A DNA stretch of 63,787 bases, the filler included, from Neolecta irregularis DAH-3 (taxonomy: Eukaryota): assembly GCA_001929475.1 (NCBI GenBank). It is 13 parts of 13 records of this genome, joined end to end, with 100 filler letters (N's around TTAATTAATTAA, not from the genome) between each part and the next. Parts side by side here need not be neighbours in the genome. Positions count along the whole stretch, not along the records: positions 1 to 4,808 come from LXFE01001059.1; positions 4,909 to 7,933 come from LXFE01001060.1; positions 8,034 to 12,544 come from LXFE01001061.1; positions 12,645 to 16,292 come from LXFE01001062.1; 9 more parts are not named here. The stretch is one strand, 5' to 3'. Made by a program: the position numbers and the translations under genes. Within the stretch, counting starts at the first letter, position 1; each line of letters opens with the position of its first letter. This document shows, one piece after another, positions 1 through 12,709 of this stretch. The notes under the pieces were generated by a model. It worked only from the letters and a program-made list of their open reading frames with translations. It was not told the DNA's origin and did not search any database.

Positions 1-818
1 ATCCAGACATTCATACCTTTCCAAGCCAATCGAAGGTGCATGCCCATAAAACAGGGTGCTATACACCGATAGACTAGGCGTCTGTACGGCTGTGGATTTC
101 TGCAGCATAATATAATAACGCTCAGAGGTCCAGGGAGTAAAGTAGTCGGATAACCTTCAAGCTTAGCGTAATCAGCATCCACATGAATTTTATGAGCATT
201 AAAAGAGAGCCCAGCGAAACGACTCAAGAGTATCTGGGTTGGTGTAAAATGGACAACATTTTCGAAGTCTTTCGTATCAGAAACTATAATATATAAACCT
301 TAGAGGCGAGATGTGGACTCACGCTTTAGAGGTTGAATTGCATGGTACTTTTCATTTGAATAGTATAGTCCGCGTTCCTCAGTTATCCAGGATTCACCTT
401 GTTTGATATTTCTGCTTGTCCACACCATGGCTTTATCGTTTCGTTCGATAATTCTCTCAACCGCCTCTGTACAATTCGCCATGTTGCCCAATCGGATTGG
501 CTCCTTTGAAAATTCAATCGAGCCGCCGATCCACAATCTTCGATTATATCCTTCAGGAGCGAAATAGCTTGAGTATCCATCTTTGGAAAGAGCTTGCTCG
601 AGATCGGGTGAGGGAAAATACAACAGGTGATACCCAGGTGGCAGAGGAGAGTCAACGTGGTATGACAATGGTGAGAGCAATAGATGAGTTGCAAGGGATG
701 TTTCGAGGAGGTAAGTAGTAGTCGGCGATAGGTAGTCGAATGTTTGTTGAGGTGGTTTTGATATCAGAGCTGCCTTTGTTGTATATGCATGAATTGATTT
801 GTAAAAATGGGAGCGCAT
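1..818 (-). CDS. HTD2: HTD2-like mitochondrial hydroxyacyl-thioester dehydratase (MaoC/hotdog fold); 3' end runs off the window
   Basis: ORF 300..881 has LPPGYHLLYFP..L..DGY...RRLWIGGSIEF. After a predicted intron (about 284-322, GTGAG...ATAG) the next exon reads LSRFAGLSFNAHKIHVDADYAK...PGPL, typical of this family. Start taken at MRSHFY (818) but uncertain. Confidence 0.75.
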
Positions 819-1124
819 ACCGCTCATGACGGACTCCCAGGGCTGCAATTCTCTCCATCTCGCAACCCACTCCTCAAACATCCTCCTCGTCGCCTACCTC
901 CTCCAACATGATCTGCTCGTAGACCCCCAGACTCCCGGCAACACACAGCCCTCAGCTGGGCCGCGTACCAAGGCGACTGCCTCTCCGTAGACCTCCCGCT
1001 CCGCTGGGACGCAAGCGTAAACTCGGAAGACACCACGGGCACGACACCCCTGCACGCGCTCGCCCGCGATCCCGCCAGCTTGCAGCTTGCCGCGCACCTG
1101 GCCCTGCGCCGCATCGCGTTCGCT

Positions 1125-1202
1125 CTCGCTTGTCGCGGGTTTCCCGCATCTCGCTTATTCTCGCTTGTCGCGGGTTTCCCGCATCTCGCTTATTCTCGCT
1201 TG
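1125..1202. repeat. Tandem duplication of about 35 bp (CTCGCTTGTCGCGGGTTTCCCGCATCTCGCTTATT) in a GC-rich tract
   Basis: Two adjacent copies plus a partial third, read directly. Confidence 0.85.
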
Positions 1203-1528
1203 CGCCTGCCGCGCGCTGTCTCCCGCCTACGCCGCCTCCTGCCGGGGCCGCTGGTGCCCGCTGACCGCTACGCCGCCATGCGTGCCCCGCTGGGAAACCG
1301 CGCTCGCCCAGGCCGTCTCAGTCCGTCTCTGTCTCCCCGCCATGGCTGCCCTGCGCATCTCCTGCTCCCGCCCGCTGCTTCCGGCCCTGTCCCACGACTC
1401 GGGCGTCTCTGACGGCACCAGTCCGCCGCTCCTGCTGACTCCCGACGCCTCTCCTGCGTCGCTTTACTCTGCCTCGCTACCATCGCCATGCACGGCCCCG
1501 CCCCTCGTCGCCCGCCTCCTCGCCTTCC

Positions 1529-1830
1529 ATGTCCGCAGAACAGCAAAAACAAGAACAGACTGCCTATATGACGCTAAATCCTCTCCAGTTGAAGCCGAGG
1601 AAGCGCACCCAAGGCACCGCCTCTTCATCAGAAATCTCGACTGAGGAGGGCCTTCGGGGTCTCTTCGAAGGGCCCTTCGGTCGACCGGCTGGTTACGCAT
1701 TTATTGAATTTAAGAGCGAAGCTTCTGCAGACGAAGCAGCTATCAAGCTTTACGGAAAGGAAACTCCAGGGTCGGAATGTTAGCATCCAGAAGGCTCGTC
1801 CTCCCGAGAAGTCTAAAGACAATGATGCTG
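1529..1830 (+). pseudogene. Frameshifted RRM RNA-binding protein fragment
   Basis: RNP2 (HRLFIRNL), RNP1 (GYAFIEF) and the closing strand (LQGRNVSIQKARP) lie in three different frames; no intron signals reconcile them. Confidence 0.7.
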
Positions 1831-2079
1831 CCCGGACAAACCACTTCTTAAAAACCAAGCCCCAGCAAGAACCGCATACAACTCTCCGTCTCGCCCCGAT
1901 AAACCCCCGCCGTTTACTTTTATATCAACACAATGACTAGCGGAAAATCATGGCGCGGGTGGAAAAGCAGCTGCCACTGGTAGAGTCGCGCAGTCCCGGA
2001 TGCATCTACCATTGCGTCAACCCCGGAGACATTGCGATTATGGTATGAAAACATTCTTCCAATAGTCAGTGGCAGAAAG

Positions 2080-2215
2080 TCTGAAGGCGGTCCCACTGAA
2101 TACACCGCAGCAATCTTAGATTCCGTCAAAGACTATCCAGGGGCTAAGTTTACCTTTTTCATTGTTGGAGACAATGCTAGCTATAGTGTGATCTCATCCT
2201 GAACTTGTTGTTTCT
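2080..2215 (+). pseudogene. NodB-type polysaccharide/chitin deacetylase fragment
   Basis: Manual translation EGGPTEYTAAILDSVKDYPGAKFTFFIVGDNA, then HPELV in a shifted frame, matches the NodB consensus DDGP..T..ILD.L....KATFF.VG.N...HPELV. The catalytic DD is lost. Confidence 0.6.
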
Positions 2216-2577
2216 CATTAATCAGCAACTCACTAGAATGTCATATTGTCAATGAAGAATCATGACTGCACTGATGATGTAGGGCGGAGCGAAAAGTGCA
2301 GCGGTATTTGTAAGTTGTAACTTGATACGTGTAGATGTTAAGTTAATAATATCAAGTATTTCAACCTTTTTCAACTTCAACAAAATGAATCATATGACGC
2401 TGGGAGAAAATTATGTTGAGTCAATTGATACATCAGCAATTGATCAAACTTACGAAAGTTCATGTTTGAGAACTATTTTCATGACGTGATAAACCCCTAT
2501 AATCTAATATCACGTGATACAATCTATCCGGTCTGGATGGACCAGGCTTTTTCCTAGTCCAGTCCATGGTCCATCCA

Positions 2578-3370
<793 letters not shown>

Positions 3371-3552
3371 TTCAAAATTACTGAAGTGGTTTCACAGAGT
3401 CCCGCGGGAGATATGGGATTGCTATTAGACCATCAAGCTATTTTGTATATAACGATTGATTGATTCTATTCACTTTTATATGATCTAGTTTGATAATATG
3501 AAAAATACAGATTTATATTATACTAGCTGCAGTAGATTGTATCTGGAAGCAA

Positions 3553-3978
3553 TCAAGAAGTTTCGATTTGTACCTTTGTGGTATGGAAGGTGGCACTAGA
3601 ACTATATATTCTCCGATCATTGGTACTGCCGAGTTGACCTGATATGTACCAATCGCCATTCCCGTTGAACTGCAATTGATTCATGTTGTTTGAAAATGCG
3701 TAATCGATCAATGGAGGATAGCGAAAATTGATATTTTCATTATTGTCCAGTTTAGCACAGCGTTGGTGGTTGTCACATAATTTTCCTTTTGTGAAGAAAA
3801 ATGGTTGGGCGTCTGGTTGGAAATAGGGGGCTGCAACGTAGCTGAGAAACCCGTGTTCATCGATCTCGAGCAAGTGAACTTGTTTCTGAATGCCAATGTA
3901 GAGGCTAGTGGCGGGAGTATTGCCGGGAGTATTATCGGCGAGAGCAACACTAAGAGCGAGGATGAATATTGGGAGCAT
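3553..3978 (-). CDS. Small secreted protein (141 aa), weak resemblance to PIR/Cis3-type cell-wall domain
   Basis: Intact ATG ORF with signal peptide (MLPIFILALSVALA); core KGKLCDNHQRCAKLDNNENINF...LQFNGNGDWY. Confidence 0.65.
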   Translation of the reverse strand: MLPIFILALSVALADNTPGNTPATSLYIGIQKQVHLLEIDEHGFLSYVAAPYFQPDAQPFFFTKGKLCDNHQRCAKLDNNENINFRYPPLIDYAFSNNMNQLQFNGNGDWYISGQLGSTNDRRIYSSSATFHTTKVQIETS

Positions 3979-4808
3979 GAGTCAACGGGGGATAAGATTG
4001 GCGAGATGGATATTTATGTAACCGGATATGTCGCCCCTGAGCATTGTATTGATCAGGTTATGGTATTATGTCTCCTGAGCATTGTATCTGGAACAATCAA
4101 ATAATTACAAAACAAATCAAGGTTTGGTTAAAGGAACTAAAAACACAACAATCACAACCTAGTTATTCCCTGCTCATTCGCAAGGACTTTCGCCATATAA
4201 TTTTTCATCTTGTAAAGGAATTCGACTGGTTGTTGGACTATTACTTCGGTTGTATATGAATAGTCTAGTAGTAAATTTGGCATGAGATTCATAATTAAAT
4301 GACCGAAGATGATATTTGAATCCAATCCAAGAGCGATAAAATTTGAGTGTTTAATTGGGATCGGTTCATAAAAAATAATGGGAATGCGCAGAAATTTCAA
4401 ACTTGAGCTTATCATTCTTAGTTGACGTTCAATAGCCTTACGGGATTCTAGAGCAATGTTATCCCCCTTACCTTTAACGATTGTGCGTCCAGTGTCGGTA
4501 AACATCCTGACTAGGAATATTGGCTGATGTGGAGTCTCTATTTCGGGTATCCAAAAAAAGAGTATGGATTGCGGGGGCGTTTTGCTGTTAGGGTTCCAGA
4601 GAAAAGCCGAAGATTTGAAATAATTTTCTGCACCATTTTCCTGATAGTGGCTATTTCCAAAGGCGAGTTCACTTGCGTCAAGGAAAAGAACATTTGTCCT
4701 GAGCTGCGGTGAACTATGAGCATACTGAATTCTCGTGAAGCGATCGAATATCTCTCCAGGAATTTCAGCTCGAGGGTTTGATAACGTTAAATACAGGTTT
4801 CTATATTC

Positions 4809-4908
4809 NNNNNNNNNNNNNNNNNNNNNNNNNNNNNNNNNNNNNNNNNNNNTTAATTAATTAANNNNNNNNNNNNNNNNNNNNNNNNNNNNNNNNNNNN
4901 NNNNNNNN
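4809..4908. other. Artificial scaffold linker N44-TTAATTAATTAA-N44. Identical linkers at 7934-8033, 12545-12644, 16293-16392, 31509-31608, 36040-36139, 41075-41174, 44451-44550, 54731-54830, 56962-57061, 59587-59686, 62075-62174
   Basis: Twelve identical 100-bp blocks whose 12-mer gives stops in all six frames. Confidence 0.98.
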
Positions 4909-5667
4909 ATTTTCAAATTTTTACCAATGTTGACGATACTAGAGCTTTCCTCGTGCTTCATGTTGGAGAAACCAGTAATTCAAATTCTGCAAGTCCCGTC
5001 TTTTTATTCAAACATGCACTAATACATCTCTATAGCTCTCGGAACTCTTAGAGCTTGTAAATTCCTCCGCAATTGCCGCTGGACAATGCTCAATCCATGA
5101 GGTATATTCTTAAAACTACTTTTTACAAAATCTAGACTCCACAGGCACATTGTTCGATCGCTTGGACACTGCTCGATACCGGTATCTCTGGCAGTCCTGA
5201 AATCCCAGCGATTGTTGAAACCCATATAAAAGCGTCACAACTTTCACAATTCGAAATGCAAGTTACCCAGGTAAAATGCAAAATCGGCAAGCACATTACA
5301 ACCATGAACCTGCGGGATAAAGTCTCGTGATTCGCCAATTTTTTATCCTCCTTCTTGAAGGGATTATTTATTAAAGACTGCCTCTTTATAACTGCTCGTT
5401 TCAAATATAAATTTCACAGAGATTCGAATCACCATGTCTCTTGCTGTAGTTACCACTCACCCCGCTACTATTGGTCCTTATTTGGAGATACCAATAGAAA
5501 GCGCACAGGTCAATAATGGATAGGCTAAAAACGCCCTAACTCGTTCGAAGCTGGTCTGCAGAAATACCAATGATCATGTTTTGGGATGGCGTCTGTTAGC
5601 CTTTACCCTAACGACTCGACCGAATAGAACCCACCAAACTCTTGCTGTTACTTGTTCTTCAAGCTTT

Positions 5668-7933
5668 ATGGCAGTTTCTTCAGTTGCGTTATTCTTGCTC
5701 GCTGGCGCCCTGATCCTTGCGGATCCTTGGTCTCATTATTTTCACTACGAGTCGCATAACGTTCAACCAGAGGTCATATCATTTGGCTCATCCGATAATT
5801 TTGTCGACTTCATCAAAGAAATTGTAAAGTCAAACCCTTTTGGCAAAATTGGGCAAGTATTTCAGGGTCAGATTGACGACAATGCCGTTTCACTTTTGGA
5901 TTTGTATAATTCTGTTACAGTGGTCAAGGATTTGAAAGCTCGACAAGATGCTATAGCGCATCTCAAATACTCCTCTGAAGCCAAGCGTACTCGGCAAGAA
6001 GCTGAGGAACTCTTCAAACACCTTGGGTTCCCGCTTGATCCCTCCTGTACCGCTCATGAATCCAAATGGTACTATCGAACACTGGACGGAAGCTGCAATT
6101 GGCTTAAAGCCGGCGAATCTCATGTTGGTAGCATAGGTTACCAACGTGAGCGAGACTTTGGGCGGATTTCATACCAGGATGGTATCAGCGAACCGCGTGA
6201 TGGTCCAAACCCGAGAGAATTATCGAATGCTTTCTTCAGAAAAAGACAAACTCGCTCTGTCCGTACGCCGCTTATGCTGGGATTATTGCAAGTAGGCCTC
6301 CCAGAAAAATTCAATATTCTCATATTCAGTTCATTACCAACGACGCCATACTATCAGAACCTTCGTCGACCGAATTCATCCAAGTTCCTGTGCCACAAGG
6401 TGATGAATTCTTTGATCCCGATCACTTGGGAAACGTTACTCTACGTGTTGCACGAGCAGCCTCCGTCGCTGGTACCGGAACCAGCACCTCGAATCCCAGA
6501 CAGGCAAAAGATATGTCCACTTCCTGGCTTGATGGTAGTGCATTGTACGGTTCAACTAAACAAGTTGCTCTCACTCTTCGCCTATTCTCGAATGGGAAAC
6601 TCGACTATAGTGTTGGGCAAGATGGTGGTCAATACCTACCTTTTAATGATAAAAGACTTCCACTTCGTACCAAACCCGGTGTCGCTATCGAAGACTTGTT
6701 CGCTGTGGGTGACACCCGAGCAAATCAAGACTGGTTACAGCTCTCAATAAACACCCTATTTCTCCGTGAGCATAATCGATTGTGCGATATCGTGTCATCT
6801 CAGCATGCCAATTGGAACGATGAAAAGATTTATCAGACTGTTCGACTACTAGTAGGTTCAAAGTTCACTACAATGGCAAACGCATTTCAGATATATAATC
6901 TATCAGAAAGTACGCAAGGCTCCGGATATGATAGTGCGATTGACTTTCCCTGTATTTCTAACCTCAAGACTTTTCAATCTTCAATGATCCTGCATCATTG
7001 GATGATGTTCGTACTTACCCTTGGCCCCAAGCGATGAAAGATGGTCGCCCTTCCGTGGCTTCTAATGAGATGGGAATCACCTTTCGCTTCCACGAGATGA
7101 TTCCCGATGAATTATCGATTATCGAGGCAAATGGAGACACCACCCGTGTCTCATTTTCAGAATCCAACTATGAATCTAAACGGTTTATGGAAGCCGGTCT
7201 TGATAATATCCTGCGTGGCATGATTACCGATGATATACCCAACTTCAGATCCGGAGTCAACGAAGATTTCAGAAGTGCCCGTTCAGATCAACGTCATCTT
7301 TTCGATATCGTTACTTCGTCAATTGTACACGAACGCGAACAAGGGATCCCGACGTTTAATCAGTATTTCAGGGATTATATGCACTCTGAAGTGAAACCTG
7401 TCTACCCTATTCAACCTCGTGAAACATTTGAAGACTTTTCTTCGGATCCAGAAATTGTACGCCAGTTGAAAAGTCTTTACAAATCCCCTGAAGATGTTGA
7501 TTTGACAGTGGGGATCGGGTTACATGGAGACAGATTTCCTGGCAATGATTTCCTTCCCGACTCGGGATTGGTCATCGGATTTCTCAATTTATTCCGCGTC
7601 AAGTACTCAGATCGCTTCCACCCATCGTATGCCTTGGTTTCTTCACTCTTCTCTCATTGTCTAGGTATGCTGTCATGAGATGTCTCGTGTTCGACTGGCC
7701 ATGGGATTGTCGACCTACAAATGGTCTTGAAGAGATAATTTGGGAGCCAAAACCTTTTACTGACTTCCCAAATTCTCGTTGGTTGAGCGATTTCTGGATG
7801 AAAGAGCTTGATTTAGCTGCACATGGAACAAATCTTCTTTGGCGTCTCATTACTGAAAACTCAGCTGTTAAATGTGTTCAAAGAGAACCGCTGTTCACTC
7901 CTTCTGAGAAGAACCCAATTCGTTGTGCCTCTG
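5668..7933 (+). CDS. Secreted animal-type haem peroxidase / peroxidase-cyclooxygenase superfamily protein (spliced; runs into linker)
   Basis: Signal peptide MAVSSVALFLLAGALILA; motifs YRTLDGSCN, PNPRELSN, TSWLDGSALYG, GDTRAN, LFLREHNRLCD, DEKIYQTVR, FRFHEMIPD, REQGIPTFNQY, LKSLY..PEDVDL. Predicted introns about 6292-6329, 6937-6969 and 7627-7664. Confidence 0.9.
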
Positions 7934-8319
7934 NNNNNNNNNNNNNNNNNNNNNNNNNNNNNNNNNNNNNNNNNNNNTTAATTAATTAANNNNNNNNNNN
8001 NNNNNNNNNNNNNNNNNNNNNNNNNNNNNNNNNGGAGCGGGTGTGGCTGCGGGAGCGCGGTGTTGCTGTTGCTGTTGCTGCTGCTGCTGCTGGGAGTGGC
8101 AGAGGTCGCCATCTTTGCGGTGCTTCCAGGATTTGTGTGCAGAGTGGTGCTAACGCCAGGCCAGCAGGGGGTTCTTATTGCGTTTGGAACACTTGCAAAC
8201 ATCCTCGCCTGCTAGTGCGCTGCGCCGCCGCCGCCGTCTGTTTGCGCCCGGCCATCCCTGTTGAGGCCCGCCTGGCACTCTCGGCCCCGCCTGCCCTGTC
8301 TCGCCGCCAGTCTCGGACT

Positions 8320-8500
8320 TGCTGTCCTGCGGCGTCTCTTGTCTCGCGTCTCGCGTCTCGCGTCTCTTGTCCCGCTGTCTCTTTTCTCGCCCGTCTCTCT
8401 CTCTCGTCTCGCTCGTCTCTCTCTCTCGTCTCGCTCGTCTCCGTCTCCCGCCTCTCTCCCGTCTCGCTCGTCTCCCGCCTCGCCTCCCCTCGGCTGTCCC
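8320..8500. repeat. Low-complexity (TCTCG/CGTCT)-rich tract within a GC-rich contig end
   Basis: Degenerate GTCTC/CTCGC repeats seen directly; they generate several spurious overlapping ORFs. Confidence 0.75.
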
Positions 8501-10430
8501 CCGCATCCCACGCTACCTCCCATCCCTGCCCCAGCCTCCGCAGCACTATAAATACCTGTCGCCTCCCAATCTAGAAGATCTTAATTCCTCGTACTCATGA
8601 TTGCTGTGTGCTCCCTCCCTTCTCTGCCCCCACGCATTCTCCTGCCTGTACCCGGCTGCTGCCTGGTAAGCTCCGCTGCAGATCACCCACATGCCTCCAG
8701 GTGGGGGCATCCCCTCCCCCCCCTCCCCCCACCATCGACCGGGCATATCCCCTGGGCCTTTCTCCCTGGAATCTCCCCACTCAATCGTGCCCTGCAAGCC
8801 CCGCCCGGTGTCATGCAAAACAGCCGATCGACAGCCGGCTGATTCACTATCCTCTGGCAGCCCATGGGAATCACTGAAAAACATCTCTGGTTCCAACTGG
8901 AATCTCCCGACTCGCCGCGTGCTGCGGGTAGAATCAAGATCATCCCTGTCAACATCCCTCATCCCAGTCGCTCATCACTCACAACTACACGTATACTTCT
9001 AGTGTTTGCAGTGCACAGAGTCCAAATGGTAAATGAATAAACTAGTTTTTGACATCTCAGGCATTCCATCCCCCCTGCTTCCCTCCCAATGTTTCACAAT
9101 CAGCCCCACTCTTTCTCTCCCCGACTCTATTTATGTGTCTCAATGTAAATACTCACAACTGTATCTGATTAATCATCGTTATCGCGTTATCATATCATAT
9201 CAGCGCCACATCACACCACATCACGAGTTGTCAACCAGCTCGAGTTCCCGGCTGCCTCTATCCGCGTGTAACACAATCCCCAGTCTCTTTTCTAGATTCA
9301 AGTAGATAATACTCAATCCAATCACAAACCCTCTTCCTTTTTTCTTGCACTTTCAAACCCCGCCTTCTGGGGTCACATGGAAATTATTCATAGCGCCAGC
9401 TATCGAATTACATGCGTCACTCTTTTTTCTTTCTTTTGTTTTTTGGAAATTTCTAAAATCCCGAATCACACCCTTGGACCTTCTAAACTCTTTTTAATAG
9501 TGGTCAAATCATTTCGTTGCTGGAATTTCAATACCTCGTATAGCACGTCATTAAACACCAGTTTATCCGATAATACCTATTTCGCGCTAAATTTAGGCTC
9601 AACTTGTTTTGCAAACCAGCGGTATCAATTTGTTCTACCGTTGATTGCTGATCTTGATTTAGGGTATATTATTTGAAATATAAATCTCTTTGGTAGTCTG
9701 TGAATAAAAGAAACCCGGGTTCATCTATACAGATCCCAATATGGTGAATTCTCCAAGATTACTCGACGCAAATAATACCGCAGGTATTCTTATCAAAAGA
9801 CTAATCACAATAAAAGCTAGTCTTCCTCTCAAAGTAGGTGGGAATGTTGACCGGGGGTATCTCGCGCCCTCGACAAACAATCGCAAATTCAGATTTCGAG
9901 AAAATATGAAAATCATGAATTGGTCTTCCACAACTATTTCTTCGGGTTCTTAGGTCTGGTAATTAGTACAGTTACACAAAACTTGGGTTTTACCTATTGG
10001 CTGGAATTACACTATCACCAGTCGCGTCGGGGCTGTATTATTCGTTCTTTTACGTGTGAATAGATTTTATATAGTGCCTTTTTCTTCACCTTATCCTTTG
10101 TCACTATATGAATCAATACGAACTAGCCCCTCTTCGATTATTCTATTCTCGCGCGTCTAAAGGAATCTCGACCCAGAAAATGTAGAGTGCGGTTAGTAAC
10201 CTACTAGTACATGGGAAATACACCCACACCCGAGCCGTAGCTTATAATATGGCTTGAATGACTTATCAATAGCCTCATAACGCTTATCCCCATCCAATCC
10301 CCTGGAAAATGTCTCGCCACAGTTTCATAAATCAGACCGTCGAACCGGTACGAACTGACCAAGTCAACCTAGTTTTGCAACTGTCCTTTTTCATCTGATG
10401 GGCGTCTGCTTTCGATTTGACGGCACGGGT

Positions 10431-10487
10431 CCTATGAGGTCCTATGGCGGAACGGCCTATGAGGTCCTATGGCGGAACGGCCTATGG
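10431..10487. repeat. 25-bp tandem repeat CCTATGAGGTCCTATGGCGGAACGG x2 plus a partial copy
   Basis: Read directly. Confidence 0.85.
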
Positions 10488-11449
10488 CACAGGGTAACTG
10501 GTTCAATTTTTTAATTTGTCTCGGATATTCGAGTGCTTGCTATTACCGACACAGCAGGTTAAAAAGATTAACGGTAATTCTCGTCTTTTTCCCTGGGGCT
10601 TTTGACAAGCAATAGTGTCCAATATCGATTTCAAGACATTACAAACCAACCCCACCTTGTCGATTTCTCCTGAAATCGTTTGGCAGCATTAAGATTATTT
10701 CTTTTCACCGTCAAAACCCATCCGGTGCGCAGACTTGTATTGTTCAATCGATAAACATTCTGTGTTTTATTGATAAAGACGTAGTTTTTCTCGATATAAA
10801 TCCATTGTCTTGGGATTCTGCTTACTCCATTTTACAACGGGGTTACGGTTTTGTAAATTACTTGCACGTGATTTTGTCTTTTCTCGTAACGCGGCATCGA
10901 GCGATTTCACTGAATTATATTATTACCATATATATTGATACTCCTGCCGAGATATAAATATGATTAATTGCTTAAACGTATTTTCTCCAATCTCCGTCGT
11001 AAGACCTCCGACTCGGGTCTCAGCAAGTGGAACATTACAATCAATTCAACTCTTAAGAAATACATGTTAAACCATGATCTAAAAAAGTACTTCAATTTAC
11101 TTGCGGCGATATGTATTACTGTATCATGGAATGGAATCTGTTGAAATTAAAATGATACAGCGTCGACTGTCGAGTGAAGGCGTGATTACGAAAGAACCCT
11201 TTTCACCTAGTTAAACAGCCCTTCATGAATGAGAGTAGCTTAGAGTTGGAGTTTTTGATGATACATTGAATATCATCCGGTCGTGAGTACGGAAAACACC
11301 CACCATAAACACTCTCTTGCAACAATTTTCCTATGGCTAGATTCAGTCGTCGTGTTTTTATTCACTGAAAAGCATGTCTGCTCAAGTTCTAGACACTCTT
11401 CAATCCGAGCCGACGCGGAAAACACTGATATCAATTGCATTCACTCAAA

Positions 11450-12420
11450 TGAGCAAAGAGCGGGGATAAGGAAATATTCTTGCATGGGTCCAGACCCTTG
11501 CAATCACGCGGGGATATAAGCATACACCCTAGTAAGCTTACTACGCCACTTACTATGTCACAAGGATAACCAGGGGAGGTTAGGTAAGACTTATGGGCAG
11601 GGTTGGTATCAAGAATACTGAGCCATTCGGGTAACTTGGCAAAACAGTACAATTTAAAGCAGCTGCATAACCGAACCTAGTTAAACTTAAGGATAGATCT
11701 AGCCCAATTGTATACGCCTGACTCGGCTATTCATGTCATTGTATTGCATGGCACAAAAATAATTTGCTATTGAGACTAACTTTTTTCTGGTAGCTTGGCT
11801 TGGGCTTCCCACACATCTTCACTACACTCTTGTGATTATGACAACTCCTTTGCTCATATGTTCAGGATGCCCAGTGACCCATTGCGAGCTTTGGGTGTCC
11901 GGACTTGTTGCTCGGGAGACTTAGGTTGAAGGATAATATATCGCGATCCCTTGGATAAAGGCAACTACATATTATTTCCAGTGGGCAGAGCAAGACTGGC
12001 TGGATGGGACAAATTTGTGCCCGCCTGCATGATTGTGGGAGGACCCCACCCCAAAGCCACCAATGCTCCCCAATTGGACAGTATCCCATGACGTAGACAC
12101 AGAATGAAGCATACATACTGTGACAAGCAGGACCATCAAGCCAAGTAAGGATTGTCACAAACTTTGCCACCCAATATGTAAGGGGAGGCAAACAGAGATA
12201 AGGAAGCGCATGTGCCAATTATTCTTCAAGTACAGCTGCTGAACTCAGATAGCATGCACCTGTTTTGCTATGTACATATTGAAAATGTTGAAGCTCGAGT
12301 ATAATAAGATCCTTAATCTAACTTGTAGACCAAGATATGTGAGCGTAGCCCTTGTATACTATCTAATGCCTTCATTTCTTTCTCTACCACTTGCTGTATT
12401 GGTATGGGTATATCCAGGTA
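11450..12420 (+). mobile_element. Possible heavily decayed pogo/Fot1-like DDE transposase relic
   Basis: Scattered, correctly ordered peptide remnants: ILAWVQTLA..RGY and LGKT (CENP-B-like HTH), IETNFF (about DETGF), SKTGWM, LL..D, and HLL..L..GI. Many stops; no terminal repeats found. Confidence 0.35.
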
Positions 12421-12644
12421 ATACCCCGGATATACACATACGTTCTTCCTTATTCATTTTCAACCACTAATGGGTCCTTATCTGGCCATTTCTTTCATTG
12501 GTGAAGTATGCTGCACATACAAAATTCATGTCGTATCATCCTGANNNNNNNNNNNNNNNNNNNNNNNNNNNNNNNNNNNNNNNNNNNNTTAATTAATTAA
12601 NNNNNNNNNNNNNNNNNNNNNNNNNNNNNNNNNNNNNNNNNNNN

Positions 12645-12709
12645 AGAGAGGAAGAGAAGAGAGGAAGAGAAGAGAGGAAGAGAAGAGAGGAAGAGAAGAG
12701 AGGAAGAGA
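12645..12709. repeat. 15-bp purine tandem repeat (AGAGAGGAAGAGAAG)n at contig edge, probably in an intron of the MFS gene
   Basis: About four copies read directly next to the linker. Confidence 0.8.

Noticed and set aside
4152-4808. Minus-strand ORF pieces as a gene (also 39115-39817, 41175-41410 and 61260-61980)
   Set aside because: May be real or decayed genes, but I recognise no motif and cannot build a supported model.
5150-5320. LLDTG motif suggesting a retroviral-type aspartic protease
   Set aside because: Short match only; no flanking gag or RT similarity recognised.
8041-9002. Many overlapping Arg/Ser/Pro-rich ORFs (also at 824-1552, 12883-14439, 31561-32079, 40139-41130, 55932-57742)
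   Set aside because: High GC and low complexity suppress stops; no motifs, or they shadow a real gene.
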